A stretch of 32,000 nucleotides of DNA from Ktedonobacterales bacterium. Lineage in GTDB: Bacteria; Chloroflexota; Ktedonobacteria; Ktedonobacterales; JADMIN01. A model generated the notes under the pieces. That model did not search any database, was not told where the DNA came from, and worked only from the letters and a program-made list of their open reading frames with translations. Of the stretch, positions 21,856 through 30,076 are shown in pieces (the stretch's first letter is position 1; every line of letters starts with the position of its first letter). Both the position numbers and the translations under genes were made by a program. Location: contig CP126532.1 in assembly GCA_030167145.1 (NCBI GenBank), positions 3,540,001 through 3,572,000 on the forward strand. Direction: 5' to 3'.

Positions 21856-22359
21856 CTAATCGCGCATCACGCTTTCGAGCAGCGCCCTCACCCGCGCATG
21901 CTCCTGGCTCCAGGCGTCCCAAACCGATTGGCGCCACTGCCGCAACATGTGGTCGCGCTGTTCGCCTGGTGGCGCGCGCAGCACATCCAACACGGTCAAC
22001 GAGCCACGCAGAGCAGGCGGTGTGAACGGCGGCCATGTCTTCGTGCGTCGCGCCAGGAGCATGTGCATGTGCTGCACCTTCTTGCCGGAATAATCCTGTT
22101 CACAGGCGAGGTACAGGCCGATCAGCGCGAATGCCACGGTAATAGGTCGCGCCTGTTCTCCGGCGTGTTGCGCGCCATAGGTATCAACCGCGTGCTGGTG
22201 CATGAAGGCCACATCACCGCGCGTCACGGTATACGCCGTCAGTTCGCCGTAGAGTTGCCAGCATTCGGGAGACGCATTATATCTGCTGTCGGGTTGTTCC
22301 TCCGACATCAGCAGGCGCACACCACAGCCAGGACAGTCTCGATAGTGTAGCATGGTCAT
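21856..22359 (-). CDS. Cys-containing hypothetical protein (resembles DUF5946; identification uncertain)
   Basis: ATG 22359. The sequence is MTMLHYRDCPGCGVRLL...YNASPECWQLYGELTAYT..., a CxxC...C pattern. The track ORF to 22497 is over-extended. Confidence 0.55.
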   Translation of the reverse strand: MTMLHYRDCPGCGVRLLMSEEQPDSRYNASPECWQLYGELTAYTVTRGDVAFMHQHAVDTYGAQHAGEQARPITVAFALIGLYLACEQDYSGKKVQHMHMLLARRTKTWPPFTPPALRGSLTVLDVLRAPPGEQRDHMLRQWRQSVWDAWSQEHARVRALLESVMRD

Positions 22360-22595
22360 ATGATGAAATCCTCTCCGCAGAGGCGTTGCTGCTGCCGCAT
22401 GTCGCATCTTCTTCCCACTGGATGCCAGCATAGAGTCTGACGTAACGTTAGGGTCAAGTGTATCGCGGCGAAGAGTGTCAGAAATCTGCCGGTTCATCGT
22501 ATTGCGCGGTGGGTAGACTGGCGGTGATGGCGTCGTGGTGTCAAGTGGGCCGCGACGAGCGCCGCGCCACGGCTCTGAGATGGCTGGGTACAGGT

Positions 22596-23291
22596 ATGTC
22601 TCTGCGTATTGATGAACTGCAAGCCGCGCTCTTCGGCGAGACCGCCAGTCGCCTGAGCGAACGATGCGGCGCGTGGATGCGCGCCAACGAACGGTTCACG
22701 CTGTTTGCTGAGCAGCACCGCGATAAGATTCGCAAAAAGGTGCGCGGGTTGCACGGCGATGAGCAAGGTTTGCGCGACCTGGAACTGGAGCTTGCGGTTG
22801 CCTACCGGCTCTTGGGCGAGCGGCGATTCACACTGGCATATGAGCAGTATGTGGCGGAGAAGACGCGCGGCCCCGATTTCACGGTCACATTCAAGACGCA
22901 TACGGCCTTCAATGTCGAGGTGAAGCGGCTGCGCTCCGCGAAGGGTTCCCCTGGATGGGCCAGTGCGATCTGCGATAAGCTGCGGCAGATACCACCGAGC
23001 ATGCCGAATGTGCTGGCGCTTGGCGCGGAGGCCAGCGCGGCGGACGCGCTCGACCTTGAGGCGGTGATGGCCAGCATCCGCGCATCCGCCGAACGCAAGG
23101 ATAGCGGCTTCTTCGCGCGCTTCGGCGTCACGAGCGCAAGCGAATTCTTCCGATATTACGGGCGGCTGAGCGCGCTGCTGGCTTTCGTGCCGTGGGATAG
23201 CGAGCCAACGCCACGAGGCGCGCTGTGGGTGAATCCGCAGGCGAAGCATCTGCTGTCGCCGGAGCTACGCAACGCGCTCGCGGCACTATAG
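22596..23291 (+). CDS. Hypothetical protein with a PD-(D/E)xK nuclease-like motif; start uncertain
   Basis: ELELAVAYRLL ... GPDFTVTF-(7 aa)-FNVEVKRL fits the E...PD...ExK restriction-endonuclease-fold core. There is no strong RBS at ATG 22596, and the track start is 22458. Confidence 0.45.
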   Translation: MSLRIDELQAALFGETASRLSERCGAWMRANERFTLFAEQHRDKIRKKVRGLHGDEQGLRDLELELAVAYRLLGERRFTLAYEQYVAEKTRGPDFTVTFKTHTAFNVEVKRLRSAKGSPGWASAICDKLRQIPPSMPNVLALGAEASAADALDLEAVMASIRASAERKDSGFFARFGVTSASEFFRYYGRLSALLAFVPWDSEPTPRGALWVNPQAKHLLSPELRNALAAL

Positions 23292-23319
23292 GGCCGGTCC
23301 GCTTATACATAATTCCTAG

Positions 23320-23348
23320 TTGCCAGTGCGCCCGGTTCATGCTACCGT
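23320..23348 (+). promoter_or_regulatory. Promoter of the response-regulator gene
   Basis: TTGCCA (23320-23325), a 17-nt spacer, then TACCGT (23343-23348) preceded by TGC. Confidence 0.4.
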
Positions 23349-23397
23349 TTCAAGATACAGGCGACTGCGGGTGAAAGGCATGGGCGGGATAGATACT

Positions 23398-23829
23398 ATG
23401 ACACACGTGCAAGTGATAGATGATAGCTCCTCGCTGCGCCAGCTCGTGCGCGCGATGCTTGAGCCAGAAGGCTATACAGTGGCCGAGGCGGAGAACGGCG
23501 CGGAAGGGCTGGAGCGGCTGCGCGCGGCGGAACAGCCGATGGTGGTGCTGCTGGATTACCAGATGCCGGTGCTGGATGGCGCAGGCGTGCTGACGGCAGT
23601 TTCCGCCGATGGTGGAGCGCTGCTGGGCCACGAGTATATCGTGATTTCGGCGAATACGAGCACCTTCCCTGAGAGCTTCATCGAACTCTTACGGAGTCTC
23701 TCAATTCGCATTCTGCCCAAGCCGTTCGATCATGCCGCGCTGGTGACGGTGGTGAGCCAGGCAAAAGAGCGGCTGGATGCGCCTCGATTCGAGACAGCGC
23801 CATGGGAGACGGCGGGCGAAGACGAGTAG
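23398..23829 (+). CDS. Single-domain response regulator (CheY-like receiver)
   Basis: VQVIDDSSS.., VVLLDYQMPVLDG (phospho-acceptor Asp), ISANTS and LPKPF account for all the REC landmark residues. There is no output domain. ATG 23380 is an alternative start. Confidence 0.8.
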   Translation: MTHVQVIDDSSSLRQLVRAMLEPEGYTVAEAENGAEGLERLRAAEQPMVVLLDYQMPVLDGAGVLTAVSADGGALLGHEYIVISANTSTFPESFIELLRSLSIRILPKPFDHAALVTVVSQAKERLDAPRFETAPWETAGEDE

Positions 23830-23940
23830 CCACGCGCAACGGGACATCTCTGCCGTTGACAGGCTATCCCCTACGACAGTACCATTCCTCTCAGCGGCAC
23901 GGCATCAGCCAGGAAGACCGCCAACGAGAGAGGACATGGC

Positions 23941-25200
23941 GTGGACTCCTTTGAGACAATGCTCGACAACTACATCACGATTCTGCTGACCATCGGCGTC
24001 AACCTTCAGCCCGATCAGATCCTGGTGCTGGGCACACCGGGACGCGGTGTGAATCTCGAAATCGCCGGGTTCGCGCGGTCACTGGCGCGCAAAGCATACG
24101 AAATGGGCGCGCGGGATGTGCGTATCGAATGGGACGATCCCGAACTGCTCCGGCTGCGCCTCGCCCAGGCGTCTGAAGCGACGCTGACGGAGATACCGAC
24201 CTGGAAGGTTAAGGAGTTCGAAGAGTTGATCGCGGGGAATGCGGCACTGCTGGCCCCCTATGCGCCGACGCCGGATCTGCTGAGCGATGTTGACCCACGG
24301 CGTGTGGGACTCTTGGAGAAGACGAACAGGAGCGCGTTTCGGAGTATCGCGGAGGCAATCGGAACCATGAAGGTCGCGTGGACCATCGGCGCGGTGGTGA
24401 CGCCTACCTGGGCGCGGCGCGTCTTCCCCGATCTGCCTGAGGCCGAGGCTGTCGAACGATTGTGGGGCTATGTCTTCAAGGCCGTGCATGCCGACACCCC
24501 CGACCCGGTGGCCGCGTGGCACGAGCATCTGCGCCAACTGGCGGCGCGCGTCAGTTTCATGAATACCGCGCGCTTTGCCAAGCTGCACTATGTCGCGCCA
24601 GGCACGGCGCTGACGATTGAGTTGCCCGCGCGGCACCAGTGGATTGCGGGCAGCACGACCAACGCGCACGGCACGACGTTTGTGCCGAACATGCCGACCG
24701 AAGAGATCTTCACCCTGCCGCACCGCGACGGCGTGAGCGGCACGGTTCGCAGCACGATGCCGCTGAACGTCAATGGCGTGACGGTGGAAGGCATTCGCCT
24801 GACTTTTGAACACGGGCGCATCGTCGAATATGGCGCTGATGCCGGTTATGAGACGCTCAAAGAGATCATCGAGACTGATGATGGCGCGCACTATCTGGGC
24901 GAGGTGGCGCTGGTGCCCAACGAATCGGCGGTCAACTTCGGCGTTCCGCTCTACAATACGCTCTTCGACGAAAATGCGGCGTGCCATTTGGCGATTGGCC
25001 GGGCGTACCCGTTCTCGCTGGAAGGCGGCGACCAGATGACGCCAGAGCAACTGGCGGCGGCCGGTGTGAATACGAGCCTTCAGCATGTGGATTTCATGAT
25101 CGGGTCCGCCGCGCTGCACATAGATGGCGAGACGACCAGCGGCGAGCGTGTGCCGGTCTTCCGCGATGGCACGTGGACGCCCAACGTGCTCGCCGGGTGA
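23941..25200 (+). CDS. M29 family aminopeptidase (AmpS/PepS/AmpT-like)
   Basis: The GTG start follows GAGAGGA. MDSFETMLDNYITILLTIGVNLQPDQ aligns with the Thermus AmpT N-terminus as I recall it. The sequence also has NMPTEEIFT and ..DTLFDENAACHLAIG..HVDFMIG. Confidence 0.85.
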   Translation: MDSFETMLDNYITILLTIGVNLQPDQILVLGTPGRGVNLEIAGFARSLARKAYEMGARDVRIEWDDPELLRLRLAQASEATLTEIPTWKVKEFEELIAGNAALLAPYAPTPDLLSDVDPRRVGLLEKTNRSAFRSIAEAIGTMKVAWTIGAVVTPTWARRVFPDLPEAEAVERLWGYVFKAVHADTPDPVAAWHEHLRQLAARVSFMNTARFAKLHYVAPGTALTIELPARHQWIAGSTTNAHGTTFVPNMPTEEIFTLPHRDGVSGTVRSTMPLNVNGVTVEGIRLTFEHGRIVEYGADAGYETLKEIIETDDGAHYLGEVALVPNESAVNFGVPLYNTLFDENAACHLAIGRAYPFSLEGGDQMTPEQLAAAGVNTSLQHVDFMIGSAALHIDGETTSGERVPVFRDGTWTPNVLAG

Positions 25201-25300
25201 TGCATTTGCCTCTGAGTCTGGATTTCTGATCGCTCGTTCCAACGGCCCGCAAGGTCCCCGGCGCTGGTGGGTCGCTGGAACAATAGGGCGCAAGGGCGAA

Positions 25301-25510
25301 TCAAGCGTCCACTGATGGCCTGGGCGCACGGATGAATGCCCACGCGCCCGCGATAGCTACGGCCCAGACGGGCGCCATCGTGATGATGAACGGCCGCAGG
25401 GTATCACTTACCGAATGTGAGACACGATCAAAAGCGGCAAAGACCATGACGGTTCCCATGAGCAGGATGGCGAAAGCCGCGACGACGAAGAGAATACGAA
25501 AGGCGCGCAT
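25301..25510 (-). CDS. Small two-TM membrane protein (69 aa), hypothetical
   Basis: The start follows GAGGTGG. It has two hydrophobic helices and lies downstream of ispF on the same strand. Confidence 0.4.
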   Translation of the reverse strand: MRAFRILFVVAAFAILLMGTVMVFAAFDRVSHSVSDTLRPFIITMAPVWAVAIAGAWAFIRAPRPSVDA

Positions 25511-25663
25511 GCTTCCACCTCACATCACTCGCACGATTGGCGCTTTCGAGAGCGTTCGTGCTATCAGCATCACGCCACCAGCATAACGAGGGCCTAGGCG
25601 GTGTGCGAGTACTTGTGTGCCGTGGCTGCTGTACGCGCGGGAATACCGCAGAGGGTGATGGGT

Positions 25664-26170
25664 TTATGCGCCAGATTGGCGTGAGATGAGGGCGACGGCG
25701 TAGCAGGCGATGCCCTCTTCGCGGCCCGTGAAACCGAGGCGGTCGGTGGTCTTGGATTTGACGCTGACCAGATCGAGATCAAGGCCGAGCGTGCGCGCGA
25801 GATGCTCGCGAATCGCGGGGATATGCGGCGAGAGGCGGGGACGTTCGGCGACGATGGTGGCGTCTATGTTCACAATGCTCCAGCCCTGGGCGCGTAGCAG
25901 ATCTATGGTGTAGGTGAGGAATGCGGTGCTGGGGGCGTCGCGCCAGCGGTCGTCGCTGGATGGGAAGTGCGCGCCGATGTCGCCCAGCGCCGCCGCGCCG
26001 AGCAGCGCGTCTACCAGCGCGTGCAGTAGCACGTCGGCGTCGGAGTGGCCCGCGAGGCCGCGCTCATGCGGGATGCTCACGCCGCCGATGATCAGCGCGC
26101 GACCGGCCTTGGCTGGCGCGAATGCATGCACATCATAGCCCATCCCCACGCGAATCGCTGGCCCTGACAT
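25664..26170 (-). CDS. ispF: 2-C-methyl-D-erythritol 2,4-cyclodiphosphate synthase
   Basis: ATG 26170 follows AAGGGAG. The sequence includes IRVGMGYDVHAF..GGV.IPHERGLAGHSDADVLLHALVDALLGAAALGDIG..FP and KTTDRLGFTGREEGIA. Confidence 0.9.
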   Translation of the reverse strand: MSGPAIRVGMGYDVHAFAPAKAGRALIIGGVSIPHERGLAGHSDADVLLHALVDALLGAAALGDIGAHFPSSDDRWRDAPSTAFLTYTIDLLRAQGWSIVNIDATIVAERPRLSPHIPAIREHLARTLGLDLDLVSVKSKTTDRLGFTGREEGIACYAVALISRQSGA

Positions 26171-26413
26171 GTATTCGCTCCCTTTCCCAATGCGCTTATG
26201 ATGTGGGACACCCGTACACAATTGTACATGGCGCGGGCGATGCTCTCCCACTGCTGGCGCATCCACCGAGACGGCTGCTACAGTCGTTGAGCTACGGGGC
26301 ACGTTCGTGAGCGAGGGCGGTATCTGGGGCGCTACTGCCTCACTGCCGCCACCGAACCGACGAGCGCCCTCAATGCGTTTACGCCGCGCGAAATCGGCCG
26401 GTTACGCATCCAG

Positions 26414-27571
26414 CTACGCGCCGCCGGAGACCAGGCGCAGCGGGAGGTACGCCGCCAGGCCAAGCAGGCCCGCCCCTGGCAGGGTGACGACCCATGCCAG
26501 CGCCACATCGCGCACGACGCGCCAGTTGATACGGCCTGCGCGATGGCGCAGGCCGATGCCGATGATTGCCCCGGAACTAACATGGGTGGTGGAGACAGGC
26601 AGGCCGCGCGTGGTGGCGGCGATCACCAGCGCGGAGGTGGTCAGGTTGGCGGCGAAGCCTTCGGTATGGTCCATCTTCGTCACCTTTTCAGCCAGCGTCG
26701 CTGTCACCTTCAGCCCGCCCACGTAGCTGCCCGCGCCCATACCCAGTGCCACCAGCGCAAAAATCCAGTACGGCGCATCGTACTTCGCGGTATGTAGCGT
26801 GATGAGATAGAAGGCGACGCCGAGCGCGACAATCTTGGGCGTGTCGTTGAGGCCGCGCGCAAAGCTGGCCGCGCCGCTGGAGAGCCAGTGCAGGCCATTC
26901 AGCGCGCGGGATGCGCGGCAGCCAGCGAGAAAACGCACAGCGAAGTAGACGGCTATCGCTACCGCTAACGCCAGGAACGGGCTGAGCAGCAACGGTAGGG
27001 CAATCTTTTGCAGTAGCGATCCCCATTGCACCTCGCCCGCGCCATACGCGACCGCGCCGACCGTCACCAGCGATCCGGTGATGGCGTGGGTGGTGGAAAC
27101 GGGCATGGCGATGCGCGTGGCCAGCACTACCCAGAGAATCGCGCCAAGAATCACCGCCAGCGCGAAGAGTTCGGTCTGATGCGCATCCGCCGCGAGAATG
27201 CCTTTGGTAAATGCGCCGATGAGGCCAGCGGCGACTAGCGCCGAGCAGAGCGCGCCAAGCACGGTGCAGAGCGTGCCCCAGGCGATGGCGCGGCGATAAT
27301 CGGCGACGCCGCTGCCCACCAGCGTCGCGATGGCCTTCGACACATCGTTCGCGCCGTTGGCATAGGCCAGCGCAATCATCAGCGCCAGCCCCAGGGGCAG
27401 CAGCAGATCGAGTCCCGTGCGACTGCCTGTTAGCGCGGCGGCGAGCAGGACGGCGAGCGTCGCCCCGACACCCGCGAGCACGCGTGGCGAGCGCACGATG
27501 CCGCGCACTGGCGCTTTGGCAGGGGGCGCGATAGTCGCGGACATGCTGATCTGACGCTTCTGGCTTGCCAT
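26414..27571 (-). CDS. Inorganic phosphate transporter, PiT family
   Basis: The start follows GGGAGGGGGG. The sequence includes ANGANDVSKAIATLVGSG and GLNDTPKIVAL, and the protein is polytopic. Confidence 0.85.
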   Translation of the reverse strand: MASQKRQISMSATIAPPAKAPVRGIVRSPRVLAGVGATLAVLLAAALTGSRTGLDLLLPLGLALMIALAYANGANDVSKAIATLVGSGVADYRRAIAWGTLCTVLGALCSALVAAGLIGAFTKGILAADAHQTELFALAVILGAILWVVLATRIAMPVSTTHAITGSLVTVGAVAYGAGEVQWGSLLQKIALPLLLSPFLALAVAIAVYFAVRFLAGCRASRALNGLHWLSSGAASFARGLNDTPKIVALGVAFYLITLHTAKYDAPYWIFALVALGMGAGSYVGGLKVTATLAEKVTKMDHTEGFAANLTTSALVIAATTRGLPVSTTHVSSGAIIGIGLRHRAGRINWRVVRDVALAWVVTLPGAGLLGLAAYLPLRLVSGGA

Positions 27572-27631
27572 AGGTCCCCCCTCCCATCAACCGCCCGCGC
27601 GTAGCGCAGCCCTCCGCGATATGTGGGCAGC

Positions 27632-27660
27632 AGTGTAGCAGTACGCGCCAGAACGCGCAA
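27632..27660 (-). promoter_or_regulatory. Promoter of the PiT transporter gene
   Basis: Minus strand: TTGCGC (27660..27655), a 17-nt spacer, then TACACT (27637..27632) preceded by TGC. It lies about 60 nt upstream of ATG 27571. Confidence 0.5.
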
Positions 27661-27682
27661 GCGCTGCTCGGCGATGTGCGGG

Positions 27683-29260
27683 TTACGGGAGGATCGTCTG
27701 ACTCCATACGCCATTGACATAATGCAAGATAACCCCCTGCCCCAGGCCGGTGACCGCTGCGGGCGCGCATCCTCTGGTGTGAACGATATTCGCGATGGCC
27801 CACACTTCTCCCGGCGCGACACTGGCAATGGCGCGGAGGTATTCATCGTCGGGATATGGCCAGGGGAACTGGCTCCATTGCCCGCCGCGATACTGAAGTA
27901 TCACCGGCTTGTTGACGATGCGTCCGCTTGTGCCAGGGGATGTTTTCTGTACGCCAGCAATCCACACATTCCCTTGAGCGTCCGCAAACACATGAGTGAG
28001 CGTAACCGCAGCGAACGCCGCTGGCAGGCTGACCTGACTCCAATTCGTGCCGTCGTAGTGTTCGAGCTGCGATTCGGAGCCGTTGGGGCCGGGGTATGCC
28101 TCCCCGGTCGCCCAGCCCTCGGTAGCGGAGAGCATGGCGATGGACTCAAGCTGGCCAGAGGCCGTTTGCGTGGTGACGCTCCATTGCCCGAAGGCATAGC
28201 GCGCGATTACTGGCGTCAGGCGCTGGTAATCTGTGCCGACGAGCCAGACATCGTCAGGCGTGCGGGAATCCATATCCCAGAATGAGGTGGTGCTGGTGAC
28301 GGGCGGCTGCAAGATGACCGACCAGGCGCCCTGATGGTAGCGCAGCAGCAGCGATGTCTCACGGCTCGCCGGATTCTTCGGATCGCGCAAGATGGTCGTA
28401 TTGGCCATGAGCCAGCCGTTGCCTGGCGAGACCATCACCACCTTGACCGGGAAAGCATCCTCGATCTGCGTCGCCTCTGGTGTCACAGCGGAGAGGTCCA
28501 CCCGTGTCCAGCGTCCGCCGCTATAGTGCAGCAGGAACAGGTCGAGGCGGTTCTGCTCGCTAATGCTGCCCGCCGCCCAGCCTTCCGTTGGCGAGACCAT
28601 CGCAATGCTGTCGAGCTTCACATCGGGAATCGCCAGGGGGTCGCGCTGCCACTGCCCCTGGACCAGATGCAGCAGCACCGTCTCACCATAGACCGGACCG
28701 TAATGTGTGATCGTGCCGATGGCCCAGCCGTCATCAGGCGCGACCATCGCCATGCCGTTGAGCGTGATGTTGTTGCCGGGGTCGGGCCAGTAGCTATTGG
28801 GGTCGCAGGCTTTGCTGCTCTGCCAGGGTGTGCTGCTCTGCCAGGTTGGCGCGCTCGCCGTAGGACGGTTCGCATTGGGCGCTAGCCCACGGCGCGGCGC
28901 GACAAACTGGAACAGGCCAGCCAGCAGGGCGACGACGGCGGCCATTGCCGCGATAGCGAGCAATCCGCGCCGACGACTACGGGACGGTATGGCGGTAGGG
29001 TGAGGCGTTGGCGCGGAATCGAATGCGGCACCGATGTCAGTTGCCATATCATCGGCAGGGGGCGTTAGCATGGGTGCGGGCGTGGCGCTGCTCAGCAGCG
29101 GCTCCATACGCGCGGCGAATTGTTCGACGGAAGGTAGCTCAGCGTGCCAGGTAGCAGCATCGGCGAGGAGCGCCTCATCCAGTGGATCACCGGTAACGGG
29201 AAACTGGTCGTCGTGCGTCGCATCATGCGCGGCATTAACATCCTGAGGTTCGTGTGGCAT
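27683..29260 (-). CDS. Single-pass membrane protein with an extracytoplasmic beta-propeller-like repeat domain; putative anti-sigma partner
   Basis: Its ATG overlaps the sigma-factor stop (TAATG at 29262..29258). The TM helix is LLAIAAMAAVVALLAGLF. Seven spaced (D/E/N)GW/VW..G motifs follow: DDGWAIGT, TEGWAAGS, GNGWLMAN, DDVWLVGT, TEGWATGE, GNVWIAGV, GEVWAIAN. Confidence 0.65.
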   Translation of the reverse strand: MPHEPQDVNAAHDATHDDQFPVTGDPLDEALLADAATWHAELPSVEQFAARMEPLLSSATPAPMLTPPADDMATDIGAAFDSAPTPHPTAIPSRSRRRGLLAIAAMAAVVALLAGLFQFVAPRRGLAPNANRPTASAPTWQSSTPWQSSKACDPNSYWPDPGNNITLNGMAMVAPDDGWAIGTITHYGPVYGETVLLHLVQGQWQRDPLAIPDVKLDSIAMVSPTEGWAAGSISEQNRLDLFLLHYSGGRWTRVDLSAVTPEATQIEDAFPVKVVMVSPGNGWLMANTTILRDPKNPASRETSLLLRYHQGAWSVILQPPVTSTTSFWDMDSRTPDDVWLVGTDYQRLTPVIARYAFGQWSVTTQTASGQLESIAMLSATEGWATGEAYPGPNGSESQLEHYDGTNWSQVSLPAAFAAVTLTHVFADAQGNVWIAGVQKTSPGTSGRIVNKPVILQYRGGQWSQFPWPYPDDEYLRAIASVAPGEVWAIANIVHTRGCAPAAVTGLGQGVILHYVNGVWSQTILP

Positions 29261-29880
29261 TATTGCTCCTCTTTCCGTGGGAGGGTGGGCGTTGGGTTCT
29301 CAGCTATATCAAGCGCGGCGCGCAGGAGTATGCGAGCGCGGCGCAGATGTGATCGCACGGTGGAGGCAGGCAGGCGCATCGCGATGCCAATTTCGGTGGC
29401 ATCCAGGCCAACGTAATAGCGCAGCAGCACCGCCTGGCGCAGATCGGGGGCGAGTTGGTTGAGCGCCTGGCGCAGGTCGAGCCGGGCGGCGTGGTCGCTG
29501 GCTCCCGGATCGCTGACAAGCGGCGTGGGGAGTCCGGCGGCATCATCTGCTAACGGTTGGGTGCGATGACGATCCGAGCCGAAGCGTCCGCGCTGCCAGT
29601 CCATGCAGACGTTATAGGTGATGCGCAGCAGCCACGTTTTGAGCGCCGTCGGGTCGCGCAACTCCGGCCACGCGCGCATGCCGCGCAACAGCGCTTCCTG
29701 CGCGGCGTCCTCGGCGTCGGCCATGCCGACCAGCGCCGCCGCCGTCCGCAGCACTGCTGCCATGTGCGGGCGTGCCAGCCGCGCGAACTCATCTTGCCAC
29801 TGCGCTCGCATTGCGCTCCCCTCAGTGGCCTGCGCCGGTTCATCCTCAGGTTGCGTGGCGGCTTCTTCGCGCTGTCGCAT
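29260..29880 (-). CDS. ECF-type RNA polymerase sigma-70 family factor
   Basis: ATG 29880 follows GGGGAGGA. Region 2 reads DAEDAAQEALLRGMRAWPELRDPTALKTWLLRITYNVCMDWQR. Region 4 reads LAPDLRQAVLLRYYVGLDATEIGIAMRLPASTVRSHLRRAR. Confidence 0.85.
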   Translation of the reverse strand: MRQREEAATQPEDEPAQATEGSAMRAQWQDEFARLARPHMAAVLRTAAALVGMADAEDAAQEALLRGMRAWPELRDPTALKTWLLRITYNVCMDWQRGRFGSDRHRTQPLADDAAGLPTPLVSDPGASDHAARLDLRQALNQLAPDLRQAVLLRYYVGLDATEIGIAMRLPASTVRSHLRRARILLRAALDIAENPTPTLPRKEEQ

Positions 29881-29990
29881 GCCCCATCCTCCCCAACTGC
29901 CAAACCAAAGAGTTAGCTCGTGTGACGTCACGCTCTATTAGACGGAACGCGCGAAGCCAAGTGTTGAGCAGCGCGTTTGCGGCGGGGGGT

Positions 29991-30016
29991 GTGCGATACT
30001 ATAGTGCAATACTATG
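29991..30016 (+). promoter_or_regulatory. Tandemly duplicated extended -10 region upstream of the cfa-like gene
   Basis: GTGCGATACTATA and GTGCAATACTATG form a 13-mer x2 with 2 mismatches. Each copy carries TGC + (G/A)ATACT, 60-80 nt upstream of ATG 30077. Confidence 0.35.
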
Positions 30017-30076
30017 TCAAGGCGCATGGTATCGCCTACGCTTCGTTCGCCTATGGGATGTCAGGAGGTGGCTTCG

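Noticed and set aside
4572-22497. The 5'-extended versions of real genes as given in the ORF track (4572..6179, 6346..7584, 9451..10326, 17321..18028, 20637..21845, 21856..22497, 15605..16678, 30014..31456).
   Set aside because: Internal ATG or GTG codons preceded by GGAGG-type RBS sequences give N-termini that match the family or begin at the first hydrophobic or conserved segment. The upstream extensions are low-complexity and overlap promoters or neighbouring genes.
500-27803. Long antisense or shadow ORFs from the track: 500..1447, 8606..9454, 10323..11222, 15632..16513, 19063..20706, 24079..25329 and 26688..27803.
   Set aside because: Each lies opposite a gene with clear family motifs. 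Their products are Arg/Pro/Ala-rich low-complexity sequences typical of high-GC shadow frames.
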